Positions 42,041 through 53,379 of a DNA stretch of 64,000 nucleotides are shown here, in pieces. Position 1 is the first letter of the stretch. Every line of letters starts with the position of its first letter. The DNA comes from Actinomycetes bacterium (GTDB lineage: Bacteria; Actinomycetota; Actinomycetes; S36-B12; UBA5976), in the NCBI GenBank assembly GCA_038145175.1, contig JAYQPE010000006.1, forward strand, positions 2,346 through 66,345, given 5' to 3'. The notes under the pieces were generated by a model. The model was not told the DNA's origin and made no database searches. It was given only the letters and a program-made list of their open reading frames with translations. The translations under genes were made by a program, and so were the position numbers.

Positions 42041-43894
42041 GTGAATCCTGATATAAATCCTGCAGGTCAAACTCCGGCAGAGCTAATTCGTAATTTTTGC
42101 ATCATTGCCCATATTGATCATGGTAAATCCACTTTGGCAGATCGAATGCTGCAAATAACTGGGGTGGTTGAAGAGCGCAATATGAGAGCTCAGTATTTGG
42201 ATCGCATGGACATAGAAAGAGAACGTGGAATCACAATTAAATCTCAAGCCGTTAGATTACCTTGGCAAGGAATTGATAATAAAAATTACATTTTAAATTT
42301 AATTGATACACCAGGTCACGTTGATTTTACATACGAAGTAAGTAGATCTCTTGCTGCTTGTGAAGGTGCAATACTTCTTGTGGATGCAGCTCAAGGAATT
42401 GAAGCACAAACTTTAGCCAATTTGTATTTAGCAATCGAATCAGATATCAAAGTCATTCCTGTTCTAAATAAAATAGATTTACCAGCAGCACAACCTGAAA
42501 AATATGCGGCTGAAATAGCTAACATAGTAGGCTGCAAACCAAATGATGTCTTAAAAGTTAGCGCAAAAACTGGTCAAGGCGTTAAAGAACTTTTAGATTT
42601 AGTAGTAGTTGAAGTCCCTGCTCCAGTTGGTGATGCAAATGCTCCAGCTAGAGCGATGATTTTTGATTCTGTTTATGACACTTATCGCGGAGTTGTTACA
42701 TACGTGCGCGTAGTCGATGGGAAATTGTTACCAAGAGAAAAAATTAAAATGATGTCATCTGGTGCCACACATGAGTTGTTGGACATTGGCGTTATTTCTC
42801 CAGAACCAAAATCAACAAAAGGTTTAGGTGTTGGTGAAGTTGGCTATTTAATAACTGGGGTAAAGGATGTTCGCCAATCAAGAGTCGGTGACACAATAAC
42901 TGATTCAATTAAACCTGCAAATAAAGCTTTATCCGGGTTTCGTGATCCAAAGCCAATGGTTTTTGCTGGATTATTTCCAATTGATGGAAGTGATTATCCG
43001 CTTTTAAGAGATGCGCTTGATAAATTGCAGTTAAATGATGCAGCATTAGTTTACGAGCCAGAATCATCTGTTGCTTTAGGATTTGGATATCGTTGCGGAT
43101 TTCTTGGTCTGTTGCATTTAGAAATTGTTAGAGAAAGACTTTCAAGAGAATTCGATTTAAATTTAATTTCTACTGCGCCTAGTGTGGGGTATCGAATTGT
43201 AATGGAAGATGGACAAGAAATATCAATTACAAATCCAAGTGAATTTCCTAATGGAAAAGTTAATGAAATATTTGAACCTATTGTCAAAGCGACAATTTTA
43301 ACTCCAAGTGAATATATAGGACCTGTAATGGAACTTGCCCAAGATAGAAGAGGTCAGATGCATAACATGGATTATTTATCTGAAGATCGAGTTGAATTAA
43401 GATATACACTTCCTTTAGCTGAAATTGTCTTTGATTTTTTTGATCAACTTAAATCTAAAACCAGAGGTTATGCATCTTTTGATTATGAACCTTCTGGAGA
43501 GCAAAGTGCTCAATTAGTAAAAGTTGATATTTTATTACACGGCGATCCAGTTGATGCTTTTTCTTCAATTGTTCACAAAGATAAAGCTTATTCCTATGGA
43601 GTTGAAATGACTTCTAGATTAAAAGAATTAATTCCAAGACAACAATTCGAAGTTCCGATTCAAGCAGCTATAGGTTCAAGAATTATTGCCAGAGAAACAA
43701 TTAGAGCGATTAGAAAAGATGTGTTGGCAAAATGCTATGGCGGAGACATTACTAGAAAAAGAAAATTACTTGAAAAGCAAAAAGAGGGTAAGAAAAGAAT
43801 GAAAATGGTCGGTAAAGTCGAAGTTCCTCAAGAAGCATTTGTGGCAGCACTTCAAACGTCTTCTGAAAATGGCGCAAAAGAAAAAAATAAGTAA
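42041..43894 (+). CDS. lepA: Elongation factor 4
   Basis: [32 protein letters not shown]. Confidence 0.97.
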   Translation: MNPDINPAGQTPAELIRNFCIIAHIDHGKSTLADRMLQITGVVEERNMRAQYLDRMDIERERGITIKSQAVRLPWQGIDNKNYILNLIDTPGHVDFTYEVSRSLAACEGAILLVDAAQGIEAQTLANLYLAIESDIKVIPVLNKIDLPAAQPEKYAAEIANIVGCKPNDVLKVSAKTGQGVKELLDLVVVEVPAPVGDANAPARAMIFDSVYDTYRGVVTYVRVVDGKLLPREKIKMMSSGATHELLDIGVISPEPKSTKGLGVGEVGYLITGVKDVRQSRVGDTITDSIKPANKALSGFRDPKPMVFAGLFPIDGSDYPLLRDALDKLQLNDAALVYEPESSVALGFGYRCGFLGLLHLEIVRERLSREFDLNLISTAPSVGYRIVMEDGQEISITNPSEFPNGKVNEIFEPIVKATILTPSEYIGPVMELAQDRRGQMHNMDYLSEDRVELRYTLPLAEIVFDFFDQLKSKTRGYASFDYEPSGEQSAQLVKVDILLHGDPVDAFSSIVHKDKAYSYGVEMTSRLKELIPRQQFEVPIQAAIGSRIIARETIRAIRKDVLAKCYGGDITRKRKLLEKQKEGKKRMKMVGKVEVPQEAFVAALQTSSENGAKEKNK

Positions 43895-43902
43895 GGTATT
43901 AA

Positions 43903-45093
43903 ATGGCGCAAGAATCCGAAGCAGATATAGCGCCTCTTGACGGAAACCTTGCAATAGATTTTAATAACCTGTTAAAAAAGCCTTTTTCTGTATATATTCA
44001 TGTTCCTTACTGCAAAAAACGTTGCGGATATTGTGACTTTAATACCTATACTCCAAGTGAATTAGATGCAAATGATCAAGTGGAAAGTTGGGCTAAAGCA
44101 ACTGTAAAAGAAATAGAATTTGCAAAGAAAATTTTGAAAAAAGATTTAATAATTGACACTATTTTTTTTGGCGGCGGAACTCCATCTTTACTTTCAAACA
44201 AAGAAATTTCTTTTTTACTGGAAGCACTAAAAGAAAATTTTAATTTAGCAAATGATGTTGAAATTACTTTAGAAGCAAATCCTGATGACATTACTGAGGA
44301 AAAAATTACATCTTGGCTTGAAAATCAAATAAATAGAATTTCAATCGGAATGCAAAGTTCATCTAAAAAAGTATTACAAACGCTAGATCGCACACACGAT
44401 ACTTTCAATATTAAAAAATCATCTAATTTGCTTAAAAAGCATGGATTAAAAAATTTTAGTTTTGATTTAATCTATGGAACACCTGGAGAAAGCTTAAAAG
44501 AGTGGCAAGAAAGTATTGAATTTGCACTTAGTTTAAACCCAACCCACTTATCGGCATATTCTTTGGTTATTGAACCTGGAACAAAAATGGGTAAAGATTT
44601 GAAAACAAATAAAATTCAAAATGTTAATGACGATCTATCTGCAGATAAATATTTATTAGCGGATGAAATATTGGAACAACATGGATTTTCTTGGTATGAA
44701 ATTTCTAATTGGAGTTCCAATAATTTAAATTCTCGACATAATTTAAATTATTGGAAAAATAATAATTGGTGGGGTTTTGGCCCAGGTGCTCACTCTCATA
44801 TTGACGGAATAAGATGGTGGAATTTAAAATTACCAAATCAGTGGAGAGAAAGATTGGAAAAACTTCAATCTCCTGCAAAAGCGCGAGAAGTATTAACTGC
44901 GGATCAAAAAATAAGTGAAGAAATAATGCTCTCATTACGGTTAAAGTCAGGATTAGACTCAAGAAAATTTAGTACTAATATAATTAATGACTTAATAAAA
45001 AATGATCTTATTTACTTACATGAACATAATTTAGTTTTAACAAAAAGAGGCAGATTGCTTGCAGATCAGGTTTTTGTTCAATTAAATAATTAA
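43903..45093 (+). CDS. hemW: Radical SAM heme chaperone
   Basis: YIHVPYC...C.YCDF, GGGTPS, YEISNW, HN..YW. Confidence 0.88.
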   Translation: MAQESEADIAPLDGNLAIDFNNLLKKPFSVYIHVPYCKKRCGYCDFNTYTPSELDANDQVESWAKATVKEIEFAKKILKKDLIIDTIFFGGGTPSLLSNKEISFLLEALKENFNLANDVEITLEANPDDITEEKITSWLENQINRISIGMQSSSKKVLQTLDRTHDTFNIKKSSNLLKKHGLKNFSFDLIYGTPGESLKEWQESIEFALSLNPTHLSAYSLVIEPGTKMGKDLKTNKIQNVNDDLSADKYLLADEILEQHGFSWYEISNWSSNNLNSRHNLNYWKNNNWWGFGPGAHSHIDGIRWWNLKLPNQWRERLEKLQSPAKAREVLTADQKISEEIMLSLRLKSGLDSRKFSTNIINDLIKNDLIYLHEHNLVLTKRGRLLADQVFVQLNN

Positions 45094-45155
45094 AAAACAA
45101 ATTTTCCACACAATTACCAAGCCAAAAGTGGCAGTTAAAATAAAAATAAAGTAAT

Positions 45156-45182
45156 CTAGCACTTGATAGGTTTAAGTGCTAA
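45156..45182. promoter_or_regulatory. CIRCE element (HrcA operator)
   Basis: CTAGCACTT-N9-AAGTGCTAA versus consensus TTAGCACTC-N9-GAGTGCTAA, directly upstream of hrcA. Confidence 0.88.
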
Positions 45183-45204
45183 TTAATGATAAGACGGTGA
45201 TTCC

Positions 45205-46218
45205 TTGGACGAGAGAAAGTTTGCGGTTCTAAGTGCAATCATTGAGGACTATGTTGCGACTCAAGAACCCATCGGTTCAAAGAGTCTTGTTGAAAGACAC
45301 AGTTTAAAAGTTTCGCCTGCAACAGTTCGAAATGAAATGGCTGTCTTGGAAGACGAAGGTTACATTGTTCAGCCGCATACGAGTGCTGGTCGAATTCCAA
45401 CTGACAAAGGCTACAGAACTTTTGTAGATCGATTAAATGAAGTACGACAACTTTCGCCAGCAGAAACAAGAGCTATCACACAAGTTTTAGAGGGCGCTAT
45501 TGATTTAGACGATGTGATGCAAAAAACTGTTAAATTACTATCGCAATTAACAGGTCAGATTTCTTTGGTTCAATATCCAATTCTTTCGGGATCAATTGTT
45601 AAACACATTGACTTAATTTCAATAAATGAAAAAAGAATTATGATTGTGCTGGTAGCAAATAGTGGAAGACTTGAACAAGTAACAGTCGAATTAGAAAATA
45701 ATGTAGATGAGTCCACTCTAGAATTATTACGAAATAAATTAAAAAATACGATTACTGATAAAAAATTTATAGAAGTATCAAATTTAATTAAAAATTTTGA
45801 AAATGATACAGAATTAAACAATAAGGTATTGGTTAGTAAAGTCATTGAAAAGTTGAAAGTAATGGTGACCCAAAAATCGGATCAGAAAATAGTAATAGCA
45901 GGTGCAAGTAATTTAGCAAAATTAGACTCAGAATTTAGTAAAAAATTATTACCAGTTTTGGATGAAATAGAAGAAAATGTAGTAATGCTCAAATTGATGG
46001 GTGAAATGGTCAACGAGGATGAGCTTTTCATAAGAATTGGCCACGAAAATAAAGTAGCCAACTTGCATTCAGCTTCAGTGGTCTCTTCTGGCTACATAAC
46101 AGGAGATTCATTATCAAAACTTGGCATAGTAGGTCCTACTCGAATGGATTATCCAGGAACAATTTCCGCAGTGAGAGCTGTTGCGCGTTATTTGGGAAGA
46201 ATTCTAGGAAACAAATAA
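45205..46218 (+). CDS. hrcA: Heat-inducible transcription repressor
   Basis: VSPATVRNEMA.LE..G...QPHTSAGRIPTDKGYR; GPTRMDY. Confidence 0.96.
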   Translation: MDERKFAVLSAIIEDYVATQEPIGSKSLVERHSLKVSPATVRNEMAVLEDEGYIVQPHTSAGRIPTDKGYRTFVDRLNEVRQLSPAETRAITQVLEGAIDLDDVMQKTVKLLSQLTGQISLVQYPILSGSIVKHIDLISINEKRIMIVLVANSGRLEQVTVELENNVDESTLELLRNKLKNTITDKKFIEVSNLIKNFENDTELNNKVLVSKVIEKLKVMVTQKSDQKIVIAGASNLAKLDSEFSKKLLPVLDEIEENVVMLKLMGEMVNEDELFIRIGHENKVANLHSASVVSSGYITGDSLSKLGIVGPTRMDYPGTISAVRAVARYLGRILGNK

Positions 46219-47334
46219 ATGGCAAATGATTATTATGACATTTTAGGTGTTGACACCGATGCAAGTGGTGATGAAATAAAAAAAGCTTATAGAAAACTTG
46301 CAAGAGAATTACATCCAGACTTAAATCCAGATCCATCAGCAGCCGAAAAATTTAAAGAGGTAACGGCTGCATATGAAACATTAAGTGATGATCAAAAACG
46401 AAGAATGTATGATTTAGGTTTTTCCGGCAATGGTCCAAGTGCTGGAGGTTTTGGTTTTGGAGGTCTAGGAGATTTCGTTGATGCATTTTTTGGATCCACT
46501 CAACAAAGAGGTCCAAGATCTAGAACTAGACGAGGACAGGATGCTTTAATTCAAATTGAAATTGAATTAATTGAAGCGTTCACAGGATTAAATAAAGATT
46601 TAACAGTTGAAACTGCAGTAGTTTGTTCAGTTTGCCAAGGAAGTTGTTGTGTACCTGGAACTTCTCCAACAGTTTGCTCGATGTGTAGAGGTAGGGGAGA
46701 TGTACAAGCAGTGCAACGTTCCCTTCTTGGACAGGTTGTTTCTAGTAGACCTTGTCCACAATGTTCTGGATTTGGAACAGTATTACAAAGTCCTTGTGCA
46801 GAATGTTCTGGAGAAGGAAGAGTTAGAACACGTGCAACATTAAATGCCCAAATACCAGCAGGAGTTGATTCAGGAACCAGAGTTCAACTTGTTGGAAGAG
46901 GAGAAGTTGGTCCTGGCGGTGGTGAAGCTGGGGATTTGTTTTTAGAAATTATTGTTAAACCACATAAAACTTTTCATCGAGAAGCAGATGATTTGCATAG
47001 TTTGATTAATATTCCAATGACTGCTGCAGCTTTAGGCACAAATTTTATTTTTCATACGTTTGACTCTGAAGAAAATATAACTATCAAACCCGGCACTCAA
47101 TCTGGAACCGTGATTACTTTGAGAGGAAAAGGAATGCCTCGACTTAGAAGAGAAGGTAATGGCGACTTACATCTTGAAGTTAACGTTGAGACTCCTTCCG
47201 CGATAAACGAAGAGCAAAAAAGCCTACTGAAAAAATTAGCTGAATTACGAAAAGAAGATAAATTAAATATTGAACCTGAAAAAATAAATGAAACTGGATT
47301 ATTTTCTAAAATAAGAGATGTGTTCTCAAGATAA
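46219..47334 (+). CDS. dnaJ: Chaperone DnaJ
   Basis: J domain HPD; four CxxCxG repeats. Confidence 0.95.
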   Translation: MANDYYDILGVDTDASGDEIKKAYRKLARELHPDLNPDPSAAEKFKEVTAAYETLSDDQKRRMYDLGFSGNGPSAGGFGFGGLGDFVDAFFGSTQQRGPRSRTRRGQDALIQIEIELIEAFTGLNKDLTVETAVVCSVCQGSCCVPGTSPTVCSMCRGRGDVQAVQRSLLGQVVSSRPCPQCSGFGTVLQSPCAECSGEGRVRTRATLNAQIPAGVDSGTRVQLVGRGEVGPGGGEAGDLFLEIIVKPHKTFHREADDLHSLINIPMTAAALGTNFIFHTFDSEENITIKPGTQSGTVITLRGKGMPRLRREGNGDLHLEVNVETPSAINEEQKSLLKKLAELRKEDKLNIEPEKINETGLFSKIRDVFSR

Positions 47335-47336
47335 AA

Positions 47337-48071
47337 ATGCAACCTGCTTATTTTATTGCTTTAACTGAAGATTTAAATAAGCAAATAATTACCTTAATAG
47401 GTGATGAAGCACATCACGCTATAAAAGTTAGAAGAACTCAATTGAATGAGACTATTTTTGTCACAGACACTAATGGATTAGTTGTTGAAGCAAAAGTGGT
47501 CGAAATTGGTCCAGGAAAAATACTCAAAGCAGAAACCATAAGTAAAAAGACCCATCAGATAAAAAAACCGCTTGTTTGTGTTGCTCAGGCAATCGCTAAA
47601 GGAGATAGAGCTGATTTATCTATAGAGCTTTTGACTGAGGTGGGTGTTGATCAAATTATTCCCTGGCAAGCAAACAGAAGCGTTTCAAAATTAGAAGATA
47701 AGGCAGACAAATTAATTCAGAAATGGCAAAATATTGCTAGAGAATCAACAAAACAAGCAAGACGACCTTTTATGCCAGAGTTATTGAATTTAGTAAATTC
47801 AAACGATTTAGTTGATAAATTTATTAATTACGACCAAATTATAATCTTAGATCCAGATTCACCATTTTACTTTACAGATGAAATCAAAAATATTTCAAAA
47901 AGTGTCTTACTTGTAATTGGCCCAGAAGGTGGAATAGATGAAACAGAGATGCTTTTATTTAAAAATTCTAAAGCAAGACTTGCAAGTCTTGGAGAATCAA
48001 TTCTTAGAACTTCTTCAGCAGGGGCAATTAGTGCAGCAATTTTACTTGCTCAAACAAAATGGATAAAATAG
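47337..48071 (+). CDS. rsmE: 16S rRNA m3U1498 methyltransferase
   Basis: H...VRR, TEVGV, IGPEGG, LG..ILR. Confidence 0.92.
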   Translation: MQPAYFIALTEDLNKQIITLIGDEAHHAIKVRRTQLNETIFVTDTNGLVVEAKVVEIGPGKILKAETISKKTHQIKKPLVCVAQAIAKGDRADLSIELLTEVGVDQIIPWQANRSVSKLEDKADKLIQKWQNIARESTKQARRPFMPELLNLVNSNDLVDKFINYDQIIILDPDSPFYFTDEIKNISKSVLLVIGPEGGIDETEMLLFKNSKARLASLGESILRTSSAGAISAAILLAQTKWIK

Positions 48072-48075
48072 TCAA

Positions 48076-48417
48076 ATGATTGATTGCTTATTTTGTAAAA
48101 TCGTATTAGGAGAAATTCCTTCTAGCAAAGTTTTTGAAAATGATGAATTTTTGGCATTTAATGATATTGATCCAAAAGCACCAGTTCATGTTTTAGTAAT
48201 TCCAAAAAAACACTTTGAAAATATTTCAGAATTAAGTAAAAAAGATGAAAAATTAACTTCTGGACTTTTGTCGGTAGCATCAAAAATTGCTGAACAAGAA
48301 AAATTAACTAATGGATTTAGAGTTGTGCTTAATACTGGGCTAGATGGTGGACAATCAGTTTTTCATGTTCATGCCCACGTTTTAGGTGGGCGTAGCCTAA
48401 CTTGGCCACCAGGCTAA
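48076..48417 (+). CDS. HIT family nucleotide hydrolase
   Basis: CLFC, HVHAH triad, WPPG C-terminus. Confidence 0.92.
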   Translation: MIDCLFCKIVLGEIPSSKVFENDEFLAFNDIDPKAPVHVLVIPKKHFENISELSKKDEKLTSGLLSVASKIAEQEKLTNGFRVVLNTGLDGGQSVFHVHAHVLGGRSLTWPPG

Positions 48418-48453
48418 ATGTCCAGTTTATTTGAACAAATATCATAAAAATAG

Positions 48454-49449
48454 ATGACCAGTCTAAGTAGCGATTTTCAATCTCGCATAATAATTCCAAA
48501 TTCTATTTCGATGTTTTCACTTCTTGGAACTAACGATGAGAATTTAAAAATAGTTGAAAAATCATTTCCTGAAGTTAATTTACATGTAAGAGGAAATGAA
48601 ATTAATCTTAATGGAAATGTAAATTCAGTAAAACTTGTTAATCAACTATTTGCTGAATTAATATCTTTGATTAGAACGGGTCAATCTTTAAATTCTGATG
48701 TAATTGAAAGATCTATTTCAATGTTGAATGCAGAAGTTCAAATAAGTCCAAGTAAAATTTTAACAGTTGATATTTTGACTTCACGCGGTAAATCAATTAG
48801 ACCAAAGACTTTTAATCAAAAAAAATACGTCGATGCGATTGATAATAAAACAGTTGTTTTTGGAATTGGACCTGCAGGTTCTGGAAAAACTTATTTAGCT
48901 GTAGCTAAGGCAGTTCAAGCTTTGCAAGCTAAACAAGTAAACAGAATAGTTTTGACAAGACCAGCTGTTGAAGCTGGAGAGCATCTTGGATTTTTACCAG
49001 GAACATTGTCTGAAAAAATAGATCCGTATTTAAGACCACTCTATGATGCCTTGCAAGACATGATTGACCCAGAAAAAATACCTAAACTTATGACGAATGG
49101 CTCAATTGAAGTTGCACCTCTTGCATATATGAGAGGTAGAACTTTGAATGATTCCTTTATTATTCTTGATGAAGCTCAAAATACCTCGCCAGAGCAAATG
49201 AAAATGTTTTTAACCAGACTTGGATTTGGTTCAAAAATGGTAGTTACAGGAGATGTAACTCAAATTGATTTACCGTCAGGAACAAAATCTGGATTAAAAG
49301 TAGTTCAAGATATTTTAGAGACTGTTGAAGATTTAGAATTTATTAATTTAACTTCTGAAGACGTTGTGAGACATAAATTAGTGAGTCGTATCGTTGAAGC
49401 ATATGAAACTTGGGATAAAAAATCTGATATAGGAAATAATCGAAGATGA
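48454..49449 (+). CDS. phoH: PhoH-family ATPase
   Basis: [28 protein letters not shown]. Confidence 0.93.
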   Translation: MTSLSSDFQSRIIIPNSISMFSLLGTNDENLKIVEKSFPEVNLHVRGNEINLNGNVNSVKLVNQLFAELISLIRTGQSLNSDVIERSISMLNAEVQISPSKILTVDILTSRGKSIRPKTFNQKKYVDAIDNKTVVFGIGPAGSGKTYLAVAKAVQALQAKQVNRIVLTRPAVEAGEHLGFLPGTLSEKIDPYLRPLYDALQDMIDPEKIPKLMTNGSIEVAPLAYMRGRTLNDSFIILDEAQNTSPEQMKMFLTRLGFGSKMVVTGDVTQIDLPSGTKSGLKVVQDILETVEDLEFINLTSEDVVRHKLVSRIVEAYETWDKKSDIGNNRR

Positions 49450-49886
49450 TTGACATAGAGAATAAAAGTTCGTTTGGAATTGATGAAAAAAAACTAAAGT
49501 TTTTTATAGATAGTATCTTTTCAGAATTAAATATTCCTAATCATTTTGCCCTTTCAATTCTTTACGTCGATGTTAAAGAAATGCAAGAATTACATTTCAA
49601 ATGGATGAAATTAAATACCCCAACAGATGTAATGAGTTTTCCAATGGATGAGGTAAATAATTCAGGCAGAACTAAAGATAAAATACTTGGCGATGTCATT
49701 ATTTGTCCAAGCGTTTCTTGGAGTGAAGCAACTTTTAGGAGAGAGAATCCTGCCCGATATTTTGTTTTCTTACATGTTCATGCAATTTTGCATCTTTTAG
49801 GACATGATCACCAAAAACTAAGACAAAGAAAAATCATGAAAAAACTTGAAAAACAAGTAATGGACATGATTGAGAAAGTTAAATAA
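49446..49886 (+). CDS. ybeY: rRNA maturation endoribonuclease
   Basis: PTDVMSFP, LGDVII, H..LHLLG.DH. Confidence 0.88.
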   Translation: MIDIENKSSFGIDEKKLKFFIDSIFSELNIPNHFALSILYVDVKEMQELHFKWMKLNTPTDVMSFPMDEVNNSGRTKDKILGDVIICPSVSWSEATFRRENPARYFVFLHVHAILHLLGHDHQKLRQRKIMKKLEKQVMDMIEKVK

Positions 49887-51170
49887 TTGAATAATTTAAC
49901 TAGTTTAATCATTATTGCTATTGTCATTGAAATTTTAGCTGCAGTTTTTATTGCGACTAAAACTGCTATTTCACGAACTTCTGAATCAAGAGTGGATGCT
50001 TTTGCCAAAGAAACTGAAAAAAACACAGCTAAACTTGAAAAAGTAATTGCAGATAAAACGAAACATGTCGCCTCACTTCAGCTTTTAGCACTTGCTTTAA
50101 CTTCTGCTGGGGGAGTATTTCTTACTTTTGTAATTATTAAAATCTATTCTGCAAACTCTTTTTCAATATTTTTATCAACCATAATTGTCTCATTATTAGG
50201 CTTTATTGTTTTAGGTGTAGCTCCAGAAACCTTGGGACGACAAAAATCAGACTCAATTGCCTATTACATGTCATCTATTTCTTTAATTATAAAACCAGTA
50301 ATTTGGCCAATTGCAAAAATTCTTGTTTCGATTGGTAATGCGTTAACACCTGGAAAAGGATTTAAAGACGGCCCATTTGCAACGGCAGAAGATTTACGCG
50401 ATCTAGTAGATCAAGCTGAAGAGGCAGATGTCATTGAAGACGAAGAACGTCAAATGATTCATTCGGTGTTTGAACTTGGTTCAACTGTTGCTCGTGAAGT
50501 TATGGTGCCAAGAACTGAAATGGTCTGGATTGAAAAAGGAAAAACACTAAGACAAGCAATTTCTTTAGCTCTTCGTTCAGGTTATTCAAGAATTCCAGTT
50601 ATTGGTCAAGATTCCGATGACATTATTGGAGTTGTTTATTTAAAGGATATTTCAAGAAGAATATTTGAAAATTCAGAGTCAGAAAGAAATGAATTAGTTG
50701 AACAACTTATGCGAAGTGCTTATTTTGTGCCTGATAGTAAACCCGCAGATGAATTATTGCGAGAAATGCAAGCAGCAAGAGTTCATTTAGCAGTAGTTGT
50801 GGATGAATATGGCGGTACAGCAGGATTAGTAACTATTGAAGATATTTTAGAAGAAATCGTTGGCGAAATAACTGACGAGTATGACACTCATATTGAAGAA
50901 GTAAATGAACTTGGTCCAAATGTATTCAGAGTCAGTTCTCGTATTCATCTTGATGATGTTGCCGAATTAATAAAAGTCGATTTATCAAGTGATGATGAGG
51001 GTGTTGATACTTTATCTGGATTCTTAGCTAAAAAAATTGATCGTGTCCCAATTCCTGGAACTTCAATCGATATAGAGGGATGGGAATTTGTGGCAGAAAG
51101 AGCCGCAGGGCGAAGAAATAAAGTAGGAACAATTCTGATTCGCAAAATTGAAAATTCTGAAACTGTATAA
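49887..51170 (+). CDS. CNNM/CBS-domain hemolysin-like (CorC/HlyC family) protein
   Basis: N-terminal TM region, CBS pair (EVMVPR, YSRIPV, VDEYGG.AG.VT.EDILEEIVGEI). Confidence 0.88.
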   Translation: MNNLTSLIIIAIVIEILAAVFIATKTAISRTSESRVDAFAKETEKNTAKLEKVIADKTKHVASLQLLALALTSAGGVFLTFVIIKIYSANSFSIFLSTIIVSLLGFIVLGVAPETLGRQKSDSIAYYMSSISLIIKPVIWPIAKILVSIGNALTPGKGFKDGPFATAEDLRDLVDQAEEADVIEDEERQMIHSVFELGSTVAREVMVPRTEMVWIEKGKTLRQAISLALRSGYSRIPVIGQDSDDIIGVVYLKDISRRIFENSESERNELVEQLMRSAYFVPDSKPADELLREMQAARVHLAVVVDEYGGTAGLVTIEDILEEIVGEITDEYDTHIEEVNELGPNVFRVSSRIHLDDVAELIKVDLSSDDEGVDTLSGFLAKKIDRVPIPGTSIDIEGWEFVAERAAGRRNKVGTILIRKIENSETV

Positions 51171-51218
51171 ATTACTGCTGAAGCACACTCAAATTAACTC
51201 ATCAGGCAAAATATATTT

Positions 51219-52136
51219 ATGAGCGAATTTAGAAGTGGTTTTGCTTGCATTGTAGGTAGACCAAATGTGGGTAAATCTACCCTGACAAATCAACTAGTTG
51301 GACAAAAAATTTCTATTATTTCTAAACAACCCCAAACTACACGTCATGCAATTAGGGGAATTGTTCATAATGAAAAAGGTCAAATTGTTTTAGTTGATAC
51401 ACCGGGAATTCATAAACCAAAAACACTATTGGGATCCAAATTAAATGAATTAGTGAAGCAAACCTGGTCTGAAGTAGATGTAATTATTTTTTGTATTCCA
51501 GCTGATCAAAAAATAGGTCCAGGAGATAAATTTATTGCTCAAGAAATAATGAAATATTCAAAAAAACCAAAAATTGGAATTCTAACTAAAATTGATAGTG
51601 TAAAACAAAATGTAATTGCAGAAAGACTAGTTGAGTTAGACAAATTAGCTAAAGATTTAGAATTTGAGTGGGAAGAAATAATTCCAATTAGTTCACAGAC
51701 TGGAGAAAATCTAGATAAATTAATTAATTTAATAATTAAATATCTACCTGAAGGACCAGAACTTTACCCACAAGAAGTAATTACAGATGAATCTATAGAA
51801 ACAATGATTTCTGAATATATTAGAGAAGCAGCACTTGAAGATTTAAGAGAAGAACTACCGCATTCTCTTGCAGTGGTGGTACAAAAAATAGAGACAGATG
51901 AAGATAGACCTGCGGATAAACCCCTAATGAAAATATATGCAGAAATTTATGTTGAACGAGATAGCCAAAAAGGAATCATAATTGGAAATAAAGGATCTAA
52001 ATTGAAAGAAATTGGATCTATATCAAGAAAACAAATAGAGAAATTAGTTGGAATGAAAGTGTATTTAGATTTACAAGTTAAAGTTGCACTTAATTGGCAA
52101 ACGGATCAAAATCAATTAACTAAACTAGGGTTTTAA
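51219..52136 (+). CDS. era: GTPase Era
   Basis: GRPNVGKST, QTTR, DTPG, KH motif GIIIG.KG. Confidence 0.96.
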   Translation: MSEFRSGFACIVGRPNVGKSTLTNQLVGQKISIISKQPQTTRHAIRGIVHNEKGQIVLVDTPGIHKPKTLLGSKLNELVKQTWSEVDVIIFCIPADQKIGPGDKFIAQEIMKYSKKPKIGILTKIDSVKQNVIAERLVELDKLAKDLEFEWEEIIPISSQTGENLDKLINLIIKYLPEGPELYPQEVITDESIETMISEYIREAALEDLREELPHSLAVVVQKIETDEDRPADKPLMKIYAEIYVERDSQKGIIIGNKGSKLKEIGSISRKQIEKLVGMKVYLDLQVKVALNWQTDQNQLTKLGF

Positions 52137-53281
52137 TAAATTTCTTTATTTTCCTGAATGTGTAGTTCGTCAATTATTTCGTAACGCTTTCCGTAAGTTT
52201 GAACTAATGCAATAACAGCAGCTGCAATAGGAACTCCAATTAATGCGCCTACAGGGCCAAAAAAACTAGCAAAAATAATTACAGAGGCAAAAGCTACCGC
52301 CGGATGAATGTTCATTGTCATTGATGAAACTCTTGGAGTTAATAAATAATTTTCAATTTGTTGATAGATTGTTACAAAAATTATTACAAATAAACCATCA
52401 ATTGGTTCATTCACAACTGCCACAATTGCAGGAATTATGCCACCTAAATAAGAACCTATTGTCGGAATAAACTGGCTAATAATTCCGGTGAACAGACCTA
52501 AAGGTAGCCAGTAGGGTACTTCAATAATTAATAAAAATACTGAAGTAATAACGGAATTTATCGTAGCTAAAATAACTCGGCTGATTACAAATCCACCTGT
52601 TTTTTCAGTTGCAACTTTCCAAACCGTTGTAAAAACAACTTGTTGTTTAGCAGGTAACCAACTTGCAATTGACCTTCTAATTTTCGGAGTCTCTGAAGCA
52701 AAATAAAAAGTAAATAGCAATAAAGTGAAGATTTTAAATAAAAATCCAGCAATACTTGTAACTAAACCAAAAATTCCTCCTGCAATACTTTGGGCAAATG
52801 TTGCAATTTGTGTATTTGAGATATTCAAAGATTCTTCAATATTTGAAGGACTTAAATTCAAGTCAAAACTATTATTAAGCCAACTTGAAAAACCTTCGAT
52901 TAAAGTTGGTATTTGAGTTATTAAACTGGCTAATTGCGATGCTAAAAGTTGGCCAAAGGCTGCAATAAATCCAACAACAAGTGCGACTAAAGATAATAAG
53001 ACTATAAAAGTACTCAAACCACGCTTAATACCTGACTTAGTTAGTTTTTCAACTAGAGGAGTAATTGCTATACCAATTAACCAAGCAAGAAGTATTAGAA
53101 ATAAAAAGTCTTTACTTTTGTTAAATGCCCATTCAACTAATTGAAAAAAAATAACAATGATTAAAACGGTAATGATGCTTCTTTGAATAAACCTTCTATT
53201 AACAGAAAACTCCCAGTTTGCTCCAGATCCACTTTTGCCTGAAATATCAGGTTGAGAATCCTGATTAGATGGGTTTGTCAA
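52133..53281 (-). CDS. AI-2E family transporter
   Basis: Polytopic; QFIP.IG, QQIENY.L.PR, G.LIGVP. Confidence 0.88.
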   Translation of the reverse strand: MTNPSNQDSQPDISGKSGSGANWEFSVNRRFIQRSIITVLIIVIFFQLVEWAFNKSKDFLFLILLAWLIGIAITPLVEKLTKSGIKRGLSTFIVLLSLVALVVGFIAAFGQLLASQLASLITQIPTLIEGFSSWLNNSFDLNLSPSNIEESLNISNTQIATFAQSIAGGIFGLVTSIAGFLFKIFTLLLFTFYFASETPKIRRSIASWLPAKQQVVFTTVWKVATEKTGGFVISRVILATINSVITSVFLLIIEVPYWLPLGLFTGIISQFIPTIGSYLGGIIPAIVAVVNEPIDGLFVIIFVTIYQQIENYLLTPRVSSMTMNIHPAVAFASVIIFASFFGPVGALIGVPIAAAVIALVQTYGKRYEIIDELHIQENKEIY

Positions 53282-53379
53282 TTTAGCTCCTTGTTCTACT
53301 TGATAACTCTACTTAACTTCATTCACTTAAGGAGTGTTGTGGTGAGAACAAAATAGGAATTTCCAGCAGAATAAGTCCT

